Below are positions 29,312 to 46,638 of a DNA stretch of 64,000 nt, piece after piece (position 1 is the first letter of the stretch; every line of letters starts with the position of its first letter). Made by a program: the position numbers and the translations under genes. Source of the stretch: the human T2T-CHM13v2.0 reference genome, Homo sapiens; NCBI RefSeq assembly GCF_009914755.1, contig NC_060936.1; one strand, given 5' to 3'. Under the pieces are notes generated by a model. It was given only the letters and a program-made list of their open reading frames with translations, was not told the DNA's origin and did not search any database.

Positions 29312-29505
29312 CAGGAGTCAGCAAACTTTAAATGAGCAGACAGACTTTATGGGGGCATATATTCTGTCGGAACTAGTCAACATCGCTATTGTAGTGCAGC
29401 TGTAGACAATAGGTAAACAGATGGGTGTGACTACGTTCCAATGAAGCTTCCTTTACAAACAGGTGGTGGCCCAATAGTCCTGTGACTCATCTTTTGATGA
29501 TTCCC
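29312..29505 (+). mobile_element. MER58A-like hAT-Charlie MITE
   Basis: caggagtcagcaaac...gttccaatgaagctt...acaggtggtggcc. Confidence 0.65.
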
Positions 29506-29708
29506 TTAGACTCAAGCTGAACAGTTTTCCATTTTAGAATACTTGACTATGTGCTAGTTTAGTATATCTTCCGTTTATCTCTAAGCCAGTCTTTCTAACC
29601 TTAGGCCAAACTCTTGAATTTATTTAATTACGTTAATGATGGTTAAGAAGATGATGACATCTACTAGTTATGGAGATCCAGAAATATTTTAGGTTCTTTT
29701 TATATGTA

Positions 29709-30354
29709 TAGTCAATTATCAATATTTGCAGGAGTTATGTTCTAAAAAGTCTCCACAAACTCTGAATTTGTGCCTAATGAACCATTGTTCTTAGCATAGT
29801 AAAGGGTTATATTCCTGAAAGCCTCTGGCACATTTTTGTCAACTGATCAAAGCAAAACTTTATTAAAATAATGTGTGTTTCTGTTTTAAAGTTATTCTAT
29901 TTAATATATATTCTGATTTATTAACATTGAACTCATGTCCAACAGCGTTATAATTCATGTCTCAATGATGTTTATCTAACCCACATATTTTTTCCCTATG
30001 GCACATCACAGTGTTTTTGTACTTTGGAACACTGGACAGCACTTCAGTACTATGCTTGCAAGACATTTTAAACAGTGAAATCATCAAGAAAATTAATAAA
30101 AATATGAAAACATGGCACTGAGTAGATCACTCACAACAAAACTTTACAGTATGAGAACTGAAACAAGGAGGCAGAGCATTGCCTTGTTCATCCTCAGCTG
30201 GAAACATGCACATCGGTGACAAAGTTTTCACCAGCTCTGCATGTCCATAAAGGACCATGAAAGTACACTGAGTATTGACTTTGGGCTTAGAAATAAGCTT
30301 TAGCAAGTAGACAGATGTGCAGATATGCAACCTATGAATAATGAGGATTGACTC
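29709..30354 (+). mobile_element. MER82-like Tigger element
   Basis: Decayed TIRs tagtcaattatcaatatt... / ...aataatgaggattgactc. Confidence 0.7.
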
Positions 30355-30799
30355 TAACTTTAATAGATTATTTAAAATATGATATTTTATTAATATTCCC
30401 ATTTTACAATTGGGGAACTAGAAGGTTAATCCTTAAATAAATTTTACAAAGTTACACAGTTAGTAAATGGAGAACCCTGTATTTTAGCTTTTGTTATACG
30501 ATCTTAAGCAAATGATTTAATTTTGTTACGCAGAAACTGTGTGTTACATTAGGAATGTTAAAATAAATTTATAATTATTTACTTGGAAATATCCACCTTG
30601 ATCCTCACTAGATTTCAGGTTGTATGAGTTTTGGCTATCTGTAAATGCAGGTCTCTTTGCTATGCTTTCTCATATGCTGTTTGTTGAAAGTGTGGCAATG
30701 GCATTGAAAGTGAATAGAGTGGGACAAACACATCATTGCATTATTTAAAGAAATTTAAGCATAAAAGAGGGGATATTGAGGGCAATTCTTAAACTGTTA

Positions 30800-31010
30800 A
30801 TAATGCTAACAATAGTAACATTTAATAACATCATAGGCATATGCTAAATCCTTTCCATAGGTTATCTCATTGTTTTCCTCTCAGACCGTATGGTTTACAA
30901 GTATTATCATTCTTATTTTATAGAAAAGAACACTATGACTCAATAAAGTTATGTCATGCAAAGATCACAACAGCTACTAGGAATCAAAGCTTGGTTTTAA
31001 TCCAACTACT
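30800..31010 (-). mobile_element. MIR fragment
   Basis: aataatgctaac...ttattttatagaaaagaac...aagatcacaacagcta core-like pattern. Confidence 0.45.
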
Positions 31011-31804
31011 TATCCTGTTATATTATTTTTACTTTAGATTTAAATATATTTGGGAAATCTCTTGATTATTTATGAAAATTGAAAGATTCAGAGAGAAAGA
31101 CACAAGTTGTCATGGAGACAAAAATCAAATTCAGATACCTTGTACTCTTTTTGGTCCTATACCATTGCATTCAGCTGTCTTCAAAGTTCCATAAAAGTTA
31201 AGAAATGGCAATATGAGTTCTCAAGGTGTATGTGTGCATAATGCTCAAGCTCTCCTTGGTCTTAGGAAACTTTGTGCTCATGTAGTTGTGAGGGCATGAA
31301 ACACTTTACACGGTCCCTAAAATTCCACATTCTTGACTTACTTATAGAGAACAAATATTTTCTGATGCATCTGTAAACTTTGTTTTGTCTTTATCTTTGT
31401 AAGTCTTTGAGTTCTGGAACCTACATCTCATTTTCATTTCCTACTCTATTCTGATCCATTTTCTTGAAGGATAGTCAATAGCCCCAAGAGGAAGGTTGCT
31501 TTATTTAATTGGGTTAATTTATTATTACTATTAATAAAATTAATATTGGTTTTGTCTGTTACATTAAGGATTTTCACAAATACTGGTGATGACAGTAGTA
31601 GAAGAGTAAGAAGTCAGAAGAACAAAAAATGTGACTCTAAGAACTTAAAATACAATCAGGAACACAAACATATAAATATTTCTAGTAATTTCTAGTAATT
31701 TGCTGATAAATATTTTTAAAACATTTTTTAAAACATAAAGTCTTCTATTTATAGCATTTTTTGGTTTCTAGGGTACAATGTTTCTACCATGGCTAATTTA
31801 TTTA

Positions 31805-34480
31805 TTACCTTAAAGGTAAATGAATTAATCTAATCTCCTCACTGAAAAGGCAGTGGCTGAATGGATGAAAAATATAAGACTGAAAGTATAAGCTGTCTAT
31901 AAGAAGCTCACTTTGAAATGAAGAATAGACATAGGCTAGAAGTAGGGGAGAATTTCTTTTTTTTTTTTTTTTTTTTTTACAAATGCCAGCAAAAGACAAT
32001 AGGATGACTATACTTATATCAGACAAAATAGACTTGAAGTTAAAATCTGACACACTAGACAAGGGCTCTGTACAGTGATAAGGCGGCCAATTAATCAAGA
32101 GGCTACTAAAATTGTAAATATATATACACCCAGCATATGCACAACTAAATATATAAGGCAAACATTGACAGAACTGTAGGGAGAAATAGATAACAATACA
32201 GTAATAGTAGAACTCTTCAATACCCTACTTTCAGTAGTAGATAGCAAATCCAGGCAAAAGACCAATAAGGAAACAGAGGACTTGAATAACACTGTAGACC
32301 AAATGGACTTAAAAGACATATACAGAGCATTCCACCTACCAGTAGAAGAATACAGATTCTTCTTAAGCATGTAGGTCTTTCTCCGGGATAGACCACATGT
32401 TAAGTTACAGATCTTAACAAATTTAAAAAGATTCAAATTTAACTAAAAATCATTTCTGACCACCATGAAATAAAACTAGAAAGCAACAGCAGAAAGAAAC
32501 CTAAAAAATTTACAAATATGTGGAAATTAAATAACAAACTCTCGAACAACCACTGGGTCAAAGGAAAAAATAAAAAGAAATTAGAAATTACAAAAATGAA
32601 GTACAACATACTAAAACTTACAGAATGCACCAAAATAGTATTAAGAGGGAAGTTCATAGCAATAAATGCCTATATTAAAAAAAGAAAAATCTTAAAGAAC
32701 CTAAATTTATACTTAAAGGGGCTATAAAAGAAGAATAAACTAAACCCAAGGTTAGCAGAGGAAAGAAAAAACAAAGATTAGAGAAGAAATAAATGAAAAA
32801 TTTATTATAATGACATTAGAAAACCCTCAGTAAGACTAAGAGTTGGTTTTCTGAAAAGGTAAAAAAAAATCGACAAACTCTTAGCTAGACTTAGAAAAAA
32901 AGACAAAAGGCTCAAATAAATAATACCAAAAATGAAAGAAAATATGTTACTACTAATGCCACAGAAATGAAAATGATCATAAGACACAACTATGAAAAAT
33001 TATACACCAGTAAACTGTAACCTAAAATAAATGGATAAATTCCTACACATATACAATCTATCAACATTAAATAATACAGAAATAGAATGTTTACAACAGG
33101 CTTATAATTTGCATAAAGATTGATTCAGTAATTTAAAAATTCCCAACAAAGAAAAGCTTAGGACCAGACGGTTTCATGGGTGAATTCTACCAAATATTTA
33201 AAGAATTAACCCTAATATTTCTCAAGCTCTTCCTAAAATATTGAAGAGAAGAAGGCTGTTAAATTGTTCCTGTTTACAGACAATATAACCTGATTTGTAG
33301 AAAACCCTAAAGACTCCACCAAAAAGCTGTTAGAACTAACAAACACATTCAGTAAAGTTGTAGGACATGAAAACAACATGTAAAAATCAGTTGCAATTCT
33401 ATAAACTAACAACAAAATCTCTGAAAAAAAATTAGGAAAACAACCCCATTTGCGATAGCACCAAAAAGAATAAATACTTAGAAATGAACTGCACTAAGAA
33501 GGTAAAAGACTCTTATACTGAAACAATAATAATGGATAAAAGAAATTAAAGCCTCAAATAATAGAAAGATATCCTGTGTTTATGAATTGGAAGACTTAAT
33601 GTTATTAAAGTCTTTACTATTCAAAGTGATCTACAGATTCAGTGCAATCCTTGTCAAAATGTCAATGGCGTTTTGGATTAAAATGGAAAAAACAATTGTA
33701 AGATTTAGGCAAATCCACAAAACACCATGAACAACCAAATCAATCCTGAGAAAGAACAAAGCTGGAAACATCATACTTCCTGATTAAAATATTTTAGAAA
33801 GCTACAGTAATTAAAACAGTACGATGTTGCTATAAAGACAGACATATAGACCAATGAAACAGAACAGACAGCCCAGAAATAAATCCATACATATATGGTC
33901 AGCTGATCTCCAATAAGGATGCTAAGATAAATAATGGAAAAATGATAGTCTCTTCAACAATTGGTGTAGGAAAAGTGGAAATCCACTTAAAAAGAATAAA
34001 ATTTGACCCTTATCCTGCATCAGACAGAAGAACAATCCTAAAATAAATTAAAGACTTAAATGAAAGACCTGAAAATGCAAAATGCCTAGAAGAAAATGTA
34101 GGGTGAAATCTTCATTTTATTGGTCCTGGCAATGATTTCTTGGGTATGACACCAAAATTACAGGCAACACAAACAAAAATAAAGTGGAAGTACATCAAAC
34201 TAAAAATCTTCTGCACTACAAAGAAAAAAATTATAACATGAAAAGATAAATCCCAAAATCTGAAAAAATATTTGCAAACCACATATCTAATAAGGGGTTA
34301 ACCTACAAAATACATAAGTAGCTCATGCAACTCGATAGAAACAGATAAATAACTTGATTTTTAAAATGTGCAAATGAATTAGTATTTCTCCAAAGAAGAC
34401 ATATAATTGGCCAATAGATATTTGAAAAGATGCTCAACGTCACTAATCATTAAGAAAATGCAAATCAAAACTATAAATAG
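31805..34480 (+). mobile_element. Old L1M ORF2 (endonuclease to C-terminus, with internal deletions)
   Basis: Degenerate ORF2 peptides (WKLNNKLSNNHWVK, LRGKFIAINAYIKK). Confidence 0.85.
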
Positions 34481-34504
34481 ATAGAGGGATATATTAACAT
34501 ATGG

Positions 34505-35135
34505 ATCGGAGGCCCAAGAATTAGCCCTCCAGGACCCACAAACACTGGAGCCAGCATAAGCTATTCTGGTGCCACTGGGGCCCAAAGTCTGGCTCAGTTA
34601 GGTCCAAGTCCTCAATAAAACCTTACTACAGCCTCAACTAACAACTGTACCACAAGCCACCAAGGAAATCACAGATACCACGGGTCCTGTGTACTGCCAA
34701 AGAAATCACACAAACATTGCACTACCTATTGGCAAATACCCCATTGGCCAATTATATGTCTTCTTGGGAGAAATGTCTATTCATTTGCACATTTAAAAAA
34801 TCAAGTTATTTGTTTGTTTCTATTGAGTCGTATGAGTTACTTATTTTGCAGATTAAGCCTTTATTAGATATATGCTTTGTAAATATTTTCTCCTATTTTT
34901 GAGTTATCTTTTCATGTTATTAATTGTTTTCTTTACAGTGCAGGCACTCAAAATCAAAGCCAAAATATCCTACTCAACCAACAACATATGTACATCTTCA
35001 GAAAAAACTATTCCCCTACAAATGCAATTTCAAAACATTGAAACAAGTGATGGCTATACCAGATGTGTAGATACCAACAGAAGGACACAAAAAACATGAA
35101 AAGCAGGGAAATACGACACCACCAATGAACAGAAC
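34505..35135 (+). mobile_element. L1M 5'-region fragment interrupted by an inverted insert at 34726-34943
   Basis: aaatcaaagccaaa...ggacacaaaaaacatgaaaagcagggaaatacgacacc is typical of the pre-ORF1 region of L1MA. Confidence 0.6.
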
Positions 35136-35139
35136 AATT

Positions 35140-36965
35140 TTAAACAAAATATTAGCAACTAAATTTCAGCTATATATGTAAAGAATTACACACTATGACC
35201 AAGTATTGCTTATTCCATGATTGAGGATTGGTTCAATATTTGAAAAAAATAAATGTAATCAACAATATAAACAGGATAAAAATTACCTGATTATGTGATG
35301 CAGAAAAGTAATTTGACAAAATGTAATACCTCATCATGATAAAGAAAATCAGAAAATTAGAAAGAAGAAACATATCCAAAAAACACAGCTGGCATTATAG
35401 TTAATGACAATGACTGTTCTCCCCACCAAAATCAGGACAAGGAAAGGATGTACACTCTTTTCTACTTTTATTCATTATAATGCTGGAAGTTCTCACCACT
35501 GCAATAAAGCAAGGAAAAGAATGAAAAAGTATAGGAGCAGAAAGGAAAAAATAGTAAAGGATCCTAGGAAAACTTTGCAGATGTCAACATTGTCTATGTA
35601 GAAAATACTAAGAACTCTACAAAAATAATTTTTAGAACTACAAGTGAGTTAACTACGCATACAGGACACAAGATAATCATACAAAAATCAATTATATTTT
35701 GATATATCAGCAGTAAATATGCAGACACCAAAATGCAAAATGTATTATCATTTGTACAAATGTATTATCAAAATGGAGTTACCATTGCTAAAATACCCCA
35801 ACTTAGATGTAAATTCAATAAAACACATACTAGACTTCCATACTGAAAACTACATAATGCTAATAAAAATATCAAATAATTTGTTAATGGAGAGACATAC
35901 CATGTTCATAGATTGAACAACTCAACATAGTAAATATGTCAATTCTCTCGAACTGATATAAAGATTTAATGTAACTATAATCAGAATTCCAGCAAGATTT
36001 TTGTAGATATAGACAAGATTATTTAAGAATTTTTATAGAAAGACAAAGGAACTAGCATAGCAAAACAATTTTGAAAAAGAATAAAATGGGAGAAAACAGC
36101 TACCCAATTTCAAGACTTACATAGCTACAGTAATCAAGATAATGTGTTTCTGCGCAAGAGATGAATACATAGATCAATGGAAAAAACAAACAGAGAATTC
36201 AGAAATAATCCCTGGAAAAATATACAACCAAGTTTTGACAAAGAAGCAAAACAATTCAATGGTAAAGAAGACAGCCTTTTCAACAAATGGTACTGGAGCA
36301 ATTGCACATTCAAAGAAAAAAAAGAAAAAATTTTTGACCTACCTAAATCTCATAACTGATGCAAAAAATAACTCTAAATTGACCAGAGAGCTAATGTAAA
36401 AATGTGAAACTATAAAACTTAGAAAATAAACAAGAGAAAATCTTTGGTATTGAGGGCTAGGCAAACAGTTCTTTGATTTGGCACAAAAGTGAATAGTGTA
36501 ATGCAGGTATAACTGCATTACATGAGCAGTATGGAATACTACTCAGCAATAAAAAGGAATGGACTACTGATCATGCAACATGGTAGGTGATGCTCTAGAG
36601 TATTATGGTGAATGGAAAAAGCAATCATATAAGGGTACATACTATAGAATTCCATCAAATAACATTCTTGTCATGGCAAAATTGTACAAAAGGAGAAGAA
36701 ATTAGAAGTTACTTGGGGCCAAAGACGTGGTGGGTGTGGGAGGGAAGTAGATATGGTTATAAAAGGGCAACATGAGGGATCAGCATGGGGCTGGAATTGT
36801 TCTGTATCATGTCTACATAAATGTCAGTATTCTGTTTGTGATATTGTACTAAAATTTTAAAAGATAATATTATTGGGGGACCTGTTTAAGGGTTTATGGG
36901 ATTTCTCTATACTATTTCTTATAGCGGCATGCAATCTGCAATTATCTTTAAGAGTTTAATTAAAA
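35140..36965 (+). mobile_element. Old L1 (L1MC/MD-like) ORF2 3' part and 3'UTR
   Basis: EDSLFNKWYW motif; 3'UTR ...gcaattatctttaagagtttaattaaaaa. Confidence 0.7.
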
Positions 36966-37830
36966 ATGATTATCACCAAAAGCTTTATGATCATGAGTGA
37001 TGGAGCAGATTTAGGATACGTAGATTTTTAAAAATAGACCCTTGTCTCTTGTCATTAGCTTAATTAGCAGAAGACTGTGAAATTCAGAGTAGCTCACTAG
37101 ATTGCTAAAAATTTGAAACAAAACAGTAAGCCTATTATTGAGAATTGAAGTTTGTGGGTGTCTCATGTATCCTTTGAAACATAAATCTGAACCATAAAGG
37201 TTTGTGGTCAAATAATCAATGTAAAACAACGTACAGAAAGATGTGTTTGTGCACTCTGGCCTGAGGACTTTGAAAATGGGAATGAAATCTGGAGCAGAAT
37301 TATAATTGTAAGGGCAATTCCCACTTGGACTTGCTAGTCTGATCATTTCCTTTGTGTCAGTGGGAGTTAGTTCATACTTAGTTAGTCACGTATAAAATCT
37401 TCAATGTTCTTCATTCTTACCTGTAATTATTCCTTTACATTTATTGATTTTTGTAAAAGTATCCACATACTTGCAGGTCTCCTTGAATCTATATAAAGTC
37501 TCTGTTTTTTGATGCTATCTCAAGGTCCTGCCCCAAAGCCCAGCTACACAATGCTTCACAAAGGGCAGTTGGTGAAGCCATAGATATCCTAGTCAACTCT
37601 AATAGATAATTGGTTCTATTTAGGAGCATTGGCAATACTAGGTAATTATGTTTATTCTTCTAATACTCATTGGCTGCTATTATAACTCATAAGATATTAG
37701 GTTAATCCTTAATATCGGTACTTTAAATTAACAGAAACAGGTATTTTAATGCAGATTAAATTGTTTCCCTTTAAGATACCATAGGATAATATCTTCGTTT
37801 GTAGTAGACAAAGATTTTTTAAAAATCAGT

Positions 37831-38261
37831 TGTCTTAGTCCATTTTGTGTTGCTATAACAAGTTCCCTGAGACTGGGTAATTGATAAAGAATAGAAGTTT
37901 ATTTGACTCATGATTCTGGTGGCTGGAAGTTTCAAGATTGAACAGCTGCATCTGGTGAGGGCCTCGTGCTGCTTCCAGTAATAATGGAAAGCAGAAGGGG
38001 AGCACATGTGTACAAAGAGATCATATGATGCAAGAGGAAGAAAGACTCTCTAAAAAAAATAACCTGCTCTTGTGGGAACTAATCCATTCCCACTAGAGTG
38101 AGAACTCATTCGCTCCATGGGAGAGCATTAATCTATTCATGAGAGATCCTCCACAATGACCCAAACACCTCCCACTAGACCCCACCTCCTAATACTGATG
38201 CACTGGCAATTAAACTTCAACATGAGTTTTGGCAGGGAGATACCACATCCAAACCATAGCA
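37831..38261 (-). mobile_element. MST-type MaLR solo LTR
   Basis: tgtcttagtccatttt...ccacatccaaaccatagca. Confidence 0.85.
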
Positions 38262-41200
38262 TTAGGACAGAAGTGTGTTAACTATAAAGATAAGATGTAT
38301 AATTAGAGCATATTAAGAAATTTTGTCCATCAAAAACCACCATTAAGTGACTGAAAATTCACATCTGGGAGCACAGTTTCATATTTTTAATTCATATATA
38401 CACATATGAGTCAATTTTCAAATGACTCATATACAGAATATGAAAACCATTTCCATAAAATATCAAGAAGACAACCCAATTAAAAGTGGTGCACTGAATA
38501 GACATTTCATAAAAGAGAATATTTAAATAATGTAGATACCTCAAATTAATTTACTTTAAAAGCTTTTCCTCTTTGACTATTCTTTCATTATGTTTTATTT
38601 TCCCACAATCTTCTAAGTGCTTTATGTATTTTAAATTTAATATAATAATTTCAGTTGAAGTAAACTTAGTTGTTCTTTATCAAAGTCATTTTTTCTATTT
38701 TAGGTCTTTTACCTTTCCACATACATTTTAAAATCAGCTTGTGAATTTCTACAAAATTGCCAGTTGGGACATTAGGGAGCATTGACATTTTTATGGCAGT
38801 TTATTGACAATTTATATACTTCCTTGTTATCTACCATTTCTTTTTGTGTGCGCCACTTATTACCTGTGTCAACTCAGACTTTGTGTCTGTGGGTGAGAAT
38901 GTCTGTTTTGACCATATTATCTTCTACAGGGAAAGGAAGCAGAGTAGTCTTGCTAGAACATCCTTTTGTCATTCCTAGGAAGAAAGCATAAGGTTAAGAT
39001 GACAGGATTCTCTCTGCCATTAGTAAGTAGGGCAGTACTCATGGTCAGTTCATGGTTACTTGCATTATCTGAAGCCAGTTTCCAGTCCATTTTTTTCTTA
39101 GACATGTACACATCTAACAAGACAAAGTAAAATAGTGTCCTAAGCAGAAATGTCTTATTCTTCTGGCACAAGAAGCACAATTTCAGTACAATTGAATATG
39201 ATAAAGTAAAATAAACATTTTCAGAAAGGGGAAGACAGTGCTGTGTAATTGCATCACCAGTCCATCAGACTTGATCACCATATCCTGAAAATTTCCTGCA
39301 GGTGTTCCCTCTTCACTACCATCATACACAGATGAAATGCCCAATTATACAGTTGATCAACTTAGTCTTTCATGTTCCTATTACCAGCCCATGACAAATC
39401 TAGGATTGTCTGAATCCACAACAACTTTAGAGGCAATATTTTACATTTCCATATAAGAGATGACATAAAATCTCTCACCTTTAGAGAATTTATAATCTAG
39501 AATAAAATACATAATATAAATGTTTGCCTCAGATATTGTGCAAAATGAGCACCTGAGTGAGAGGCAGCAGTGCTATCATAAGAAAACCAAAAAAGAGAAA
39601 AGATGATTTGAGGTCTAAAGAGAAGAAATCATGGATATAAATATGGAATGGGAGGTTGTATCAGTGTCCCAGGGAAAGCACAAAAAGTGCCTAGAAAATT
39701 GTATATATTCGGTAACCAAGATGAAGATACTAAAATGTGAGAGACACTGTACCCTGACCTCAAGAATTTGTTAGTTCTTCAGACAATATAGAATAAGCTA
39801 CAATATCAATGATGATGTCAGGTTATAAAAGTGCGCATTGGGTGAAAAGAAGTTGAACAAAACTGCAGCTCCTTTTGGGTGTTGGATTACACCAGGTACT
39901 AGGAAAACAAGGATTTGGGAATCTAGCTCCTGAATATTTAGGGAAAGTCTTGTAATGCAATGAGCTAAGTGCAACAGGAGACTTGGAGAACATGAAAGTG
40001 CAGTTTATGGATGCATAGGATTAATATACCTTGATCCACCTGGGGAACCATTTCCTATAGAATTTCAACTGATATAGAGAATAAAAGAGTTTTCTAAATG
40101 ATAAAACACATTAACAAGTGATGGGAAATATTCTAAGTAGAAGAAATAGCAGACAGAGAACATATATAACAGCTTTTCTGAGAATTATAACAAGTGGACT
40201 GGTGAGTAGAGGACAGACCCACATGGTGTTTAGAATGAGAAATTGATAGGGTAAAGACTGAGAAATAATGACTTGGATTTTTAAATGGGAGAGTAGATGG
40301 AAGGTGATGCTGTTTTCAGAAATAGAGTGAAGGAGTAAAACAAGACAGATGAAGAACACAATTAGAAAATAAATTTAAGACTGTAAATTTACAATAATCT
40401 TGAAAAGCCAAATGGGTGTGAGATCAGTAGTTTAATTTTACAAAGGTATCTGGACTAGAGATATTGGTGGTATCTACATGCCAATATGTTTAAATATTCT
40501 TCCATCTAAATCTTGTTGTTGGATCATGCTGGAAAACTGCATATTCGTGCTATAACAAATGTATTTATTAAGTTTTTACTCTGAGGCAGGTACTATTCTG
40601 GGCATTGAGGAGAAAGCAGTGAACAAAACAAATATCCCACTCTTTTAGAGGTTACTTTCAGTTGTGAGGAACAGAATAATAAATGAATAAATAAAATATA
40701 TCACATGGTGATAGCTGTTTTGCAGAAAAATAAAACAGGAATTAGAATTAGCATGAGGCACAGGAGAGTAAATAAGGGAGGTGCTTTTACTGGTCAGAGA
40801 TGATAGGGAATATGTTCTTAGTGGTGTAGAATAGACAAGCTGGTTATTCTAGTATTTTTTGGATAGCTGTCAAAAAGAGGAATAAAATGTAAATTATGTT
40901 TGTCTTGATGGTCTATAGGAGAGAGTGGTGGTGAAGATGTGTGTTCAGTGGCAAAGAGGAAGTCAGGAGAAGAATGGTATTACACATGAAACTTCATTTC
41001 CCCAGAGCACAGGAACACCCTGGACGTGCTCTGAAATATTATGCACCAAATTGTGGAGTGTTGCGAAAGGAAGAAGCTCAATGATACTTCCTTTCCCTAA
41101 AAAGTTATTTCATTTCAAAAAGATGATTTTAATTCCTCCTTTATATCCAAGCTCAATGTGCACTTTTTTCAGGGAATGCTCTGATTTTTACTACTAAAAT

Positions 41201-41416
41201 AAACCTTTATATTAAATCTGATTAAAACACTCCAATCTATCCCTTCTATAGCAATGACCAGAGTTATGATTTTTCTCTATTTTTTCTACATTTTATCATT
41301 TGACCTCAATTATTAGCTTCATAAATTAGGAGAGACATTTTATTTCTGTTGTCCTTTGGCTTACTTTAAAAAATCTCTTGTGCCTATAAGACTTCATGGT
41401 ATATAGATGTCATCAA

Positions 41417-41419
41417 TAT

Positions 41420-41454
<35 letters not shown>

Positions 41455-41458
41455 TTTT
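41417..41458. repeat. (TTTA)n microsatellite, likely derived from the retrotransposon poly(A) tail
   Basis: About 10 units next to the TSD. Confidence 0.85.
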
Positions 41459-41737
41459 TGTTTGTTTAATACTTTTTTTATTTCAGTAGCTTTAGGGGTA
41501 AAAGTGGTTTTTTATTTTTTTATTTTTTTACTATTATACTTTAAGTTTTAGGGTACATGTGCACAATGTGCAGGTTAGTTACATATGTATACATGTGCCA
41601 TGCTGGTGTGCTGCACCCATTAACTCGTCATTTAGCATTAGGTATATCTCCTAAAGCTATCCCTCCCCACGCTCCCCACCCCACAACAGTCCCCAGAGTG
41701 TGATGTTCCTCTTTCTGTGTCCATGTGTTCTCACTGT

Positions 41738-45572
<3,835 letters not shown>

Positions 45573-45620
45573 TTATTTTGCTCGTTAGTTGATGCAGTTT
45601 CTTCCTAGCCTTGATGGTCT

Positions 45621-46638
45621 TTACAATTTGGCATGATTTTGCAGTGGCTGGTACTGGTTGTTCCTTTCTATCTTTAGTGCTTCCTTCAGGAGCTCTTTTA
45701 GGGCAGGCCTAGTGTGGTGACAAAATCTCTCAGCATTTGCTTTTCTGTAAGGATTTTATTTCTCCTTCACTTATGAAGCTTAGTTTGGCTGGATATGAAA
45801 TTCTGGGTTGAAAATTCTTCTCTTTAAGAATGTTGAATATTGGCCCCCACTCTCTTCTGGCTTGTAGAGTTTCTGCCGAGAGATCCACTGTTAGTCTGAT
45901 AGGCTTCCCTTTGTGGGTAATCCGACCTTTCTCTCTGGATGCCCTTAACATTTTTTCCTTCATTTCAACTTTGGTGAATCTGACAACTACGTGTCTTGGA
46001 ATTGCTCTTCTCGAGGAGTATCTTTGTGGCATTCTCTTTATTTCCTGAATCTGAATGTTGGCCTGCCTTGCTAGATTGGGGAAGTTTTCCTGGATAATGT
46101 CCTGCAGAGTGTTTTCCAACTTGGTTCCATTCTCCCCATCACTTTCAGGTACACCAATCAGACGTAGATTTGGTCTTTTCACATAGTCCCATATTTCTTG
46201 GAGGCTTTGTTTGTTTCTTTTTATTCTTTTTTCTCTAAACTTCCCTTCTTGCTTCATTTCATTCATTTCATCTTCCATCACTGATACCCTTTCTTCCAGT
46301 TGATCACATCTGCTCCTGAGGCTTCTGCATTCTTCACGTAGTTCTCGAGCCTTGGCTTTCAGCTCCATCAGCTCCTTTAAGCACTTCTCTGTATTGGTTA
46401 TTCTAGTTATACATTCGTCTAAATTTTTTTCAAAGTTTTCAACTGCTTTGCCTTTGGTTTGAATGTCCTCCTGTAGCTCGGAGTAGTTTGATCGTCTGAA
46501 GCCTTCTTCTCTCAACTCGTCAAAGTCATTCTCTGTCCAGCTTTGTTCCGTTGCTGGTGAAGAACTGCGTTCCTTTGGAGGAGGAGAGGCACTCTGATTT
46601 TTAGAGTTTCCAGTTTTTCTGCTCTGTTTTTTCCCCAT
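45621..46638 (-). pseudogene. L1 ORF1p, frameshifted near the C-terminus (302 aa open)
   Basis: MGKKQSRKTGNSK...EGEIKS, then frameshift. Confidence 0.92.

Noticed and set aside
31952-31978. Poly(T) runs at ~31957-31978 and ~6666-6682 as solo retro-insertions
   Set aside because: No flanking target-site duplication is visible.
27100-41400. A second mucin-like or secreted-peptide paralog downstream of MUCL1
   Set aside because: I found no signal-peptide exon with a phase-1 donor and no Thr/Ala-rich exon by eye; a TBLASTN search would be needed to exclude a decayed copy.
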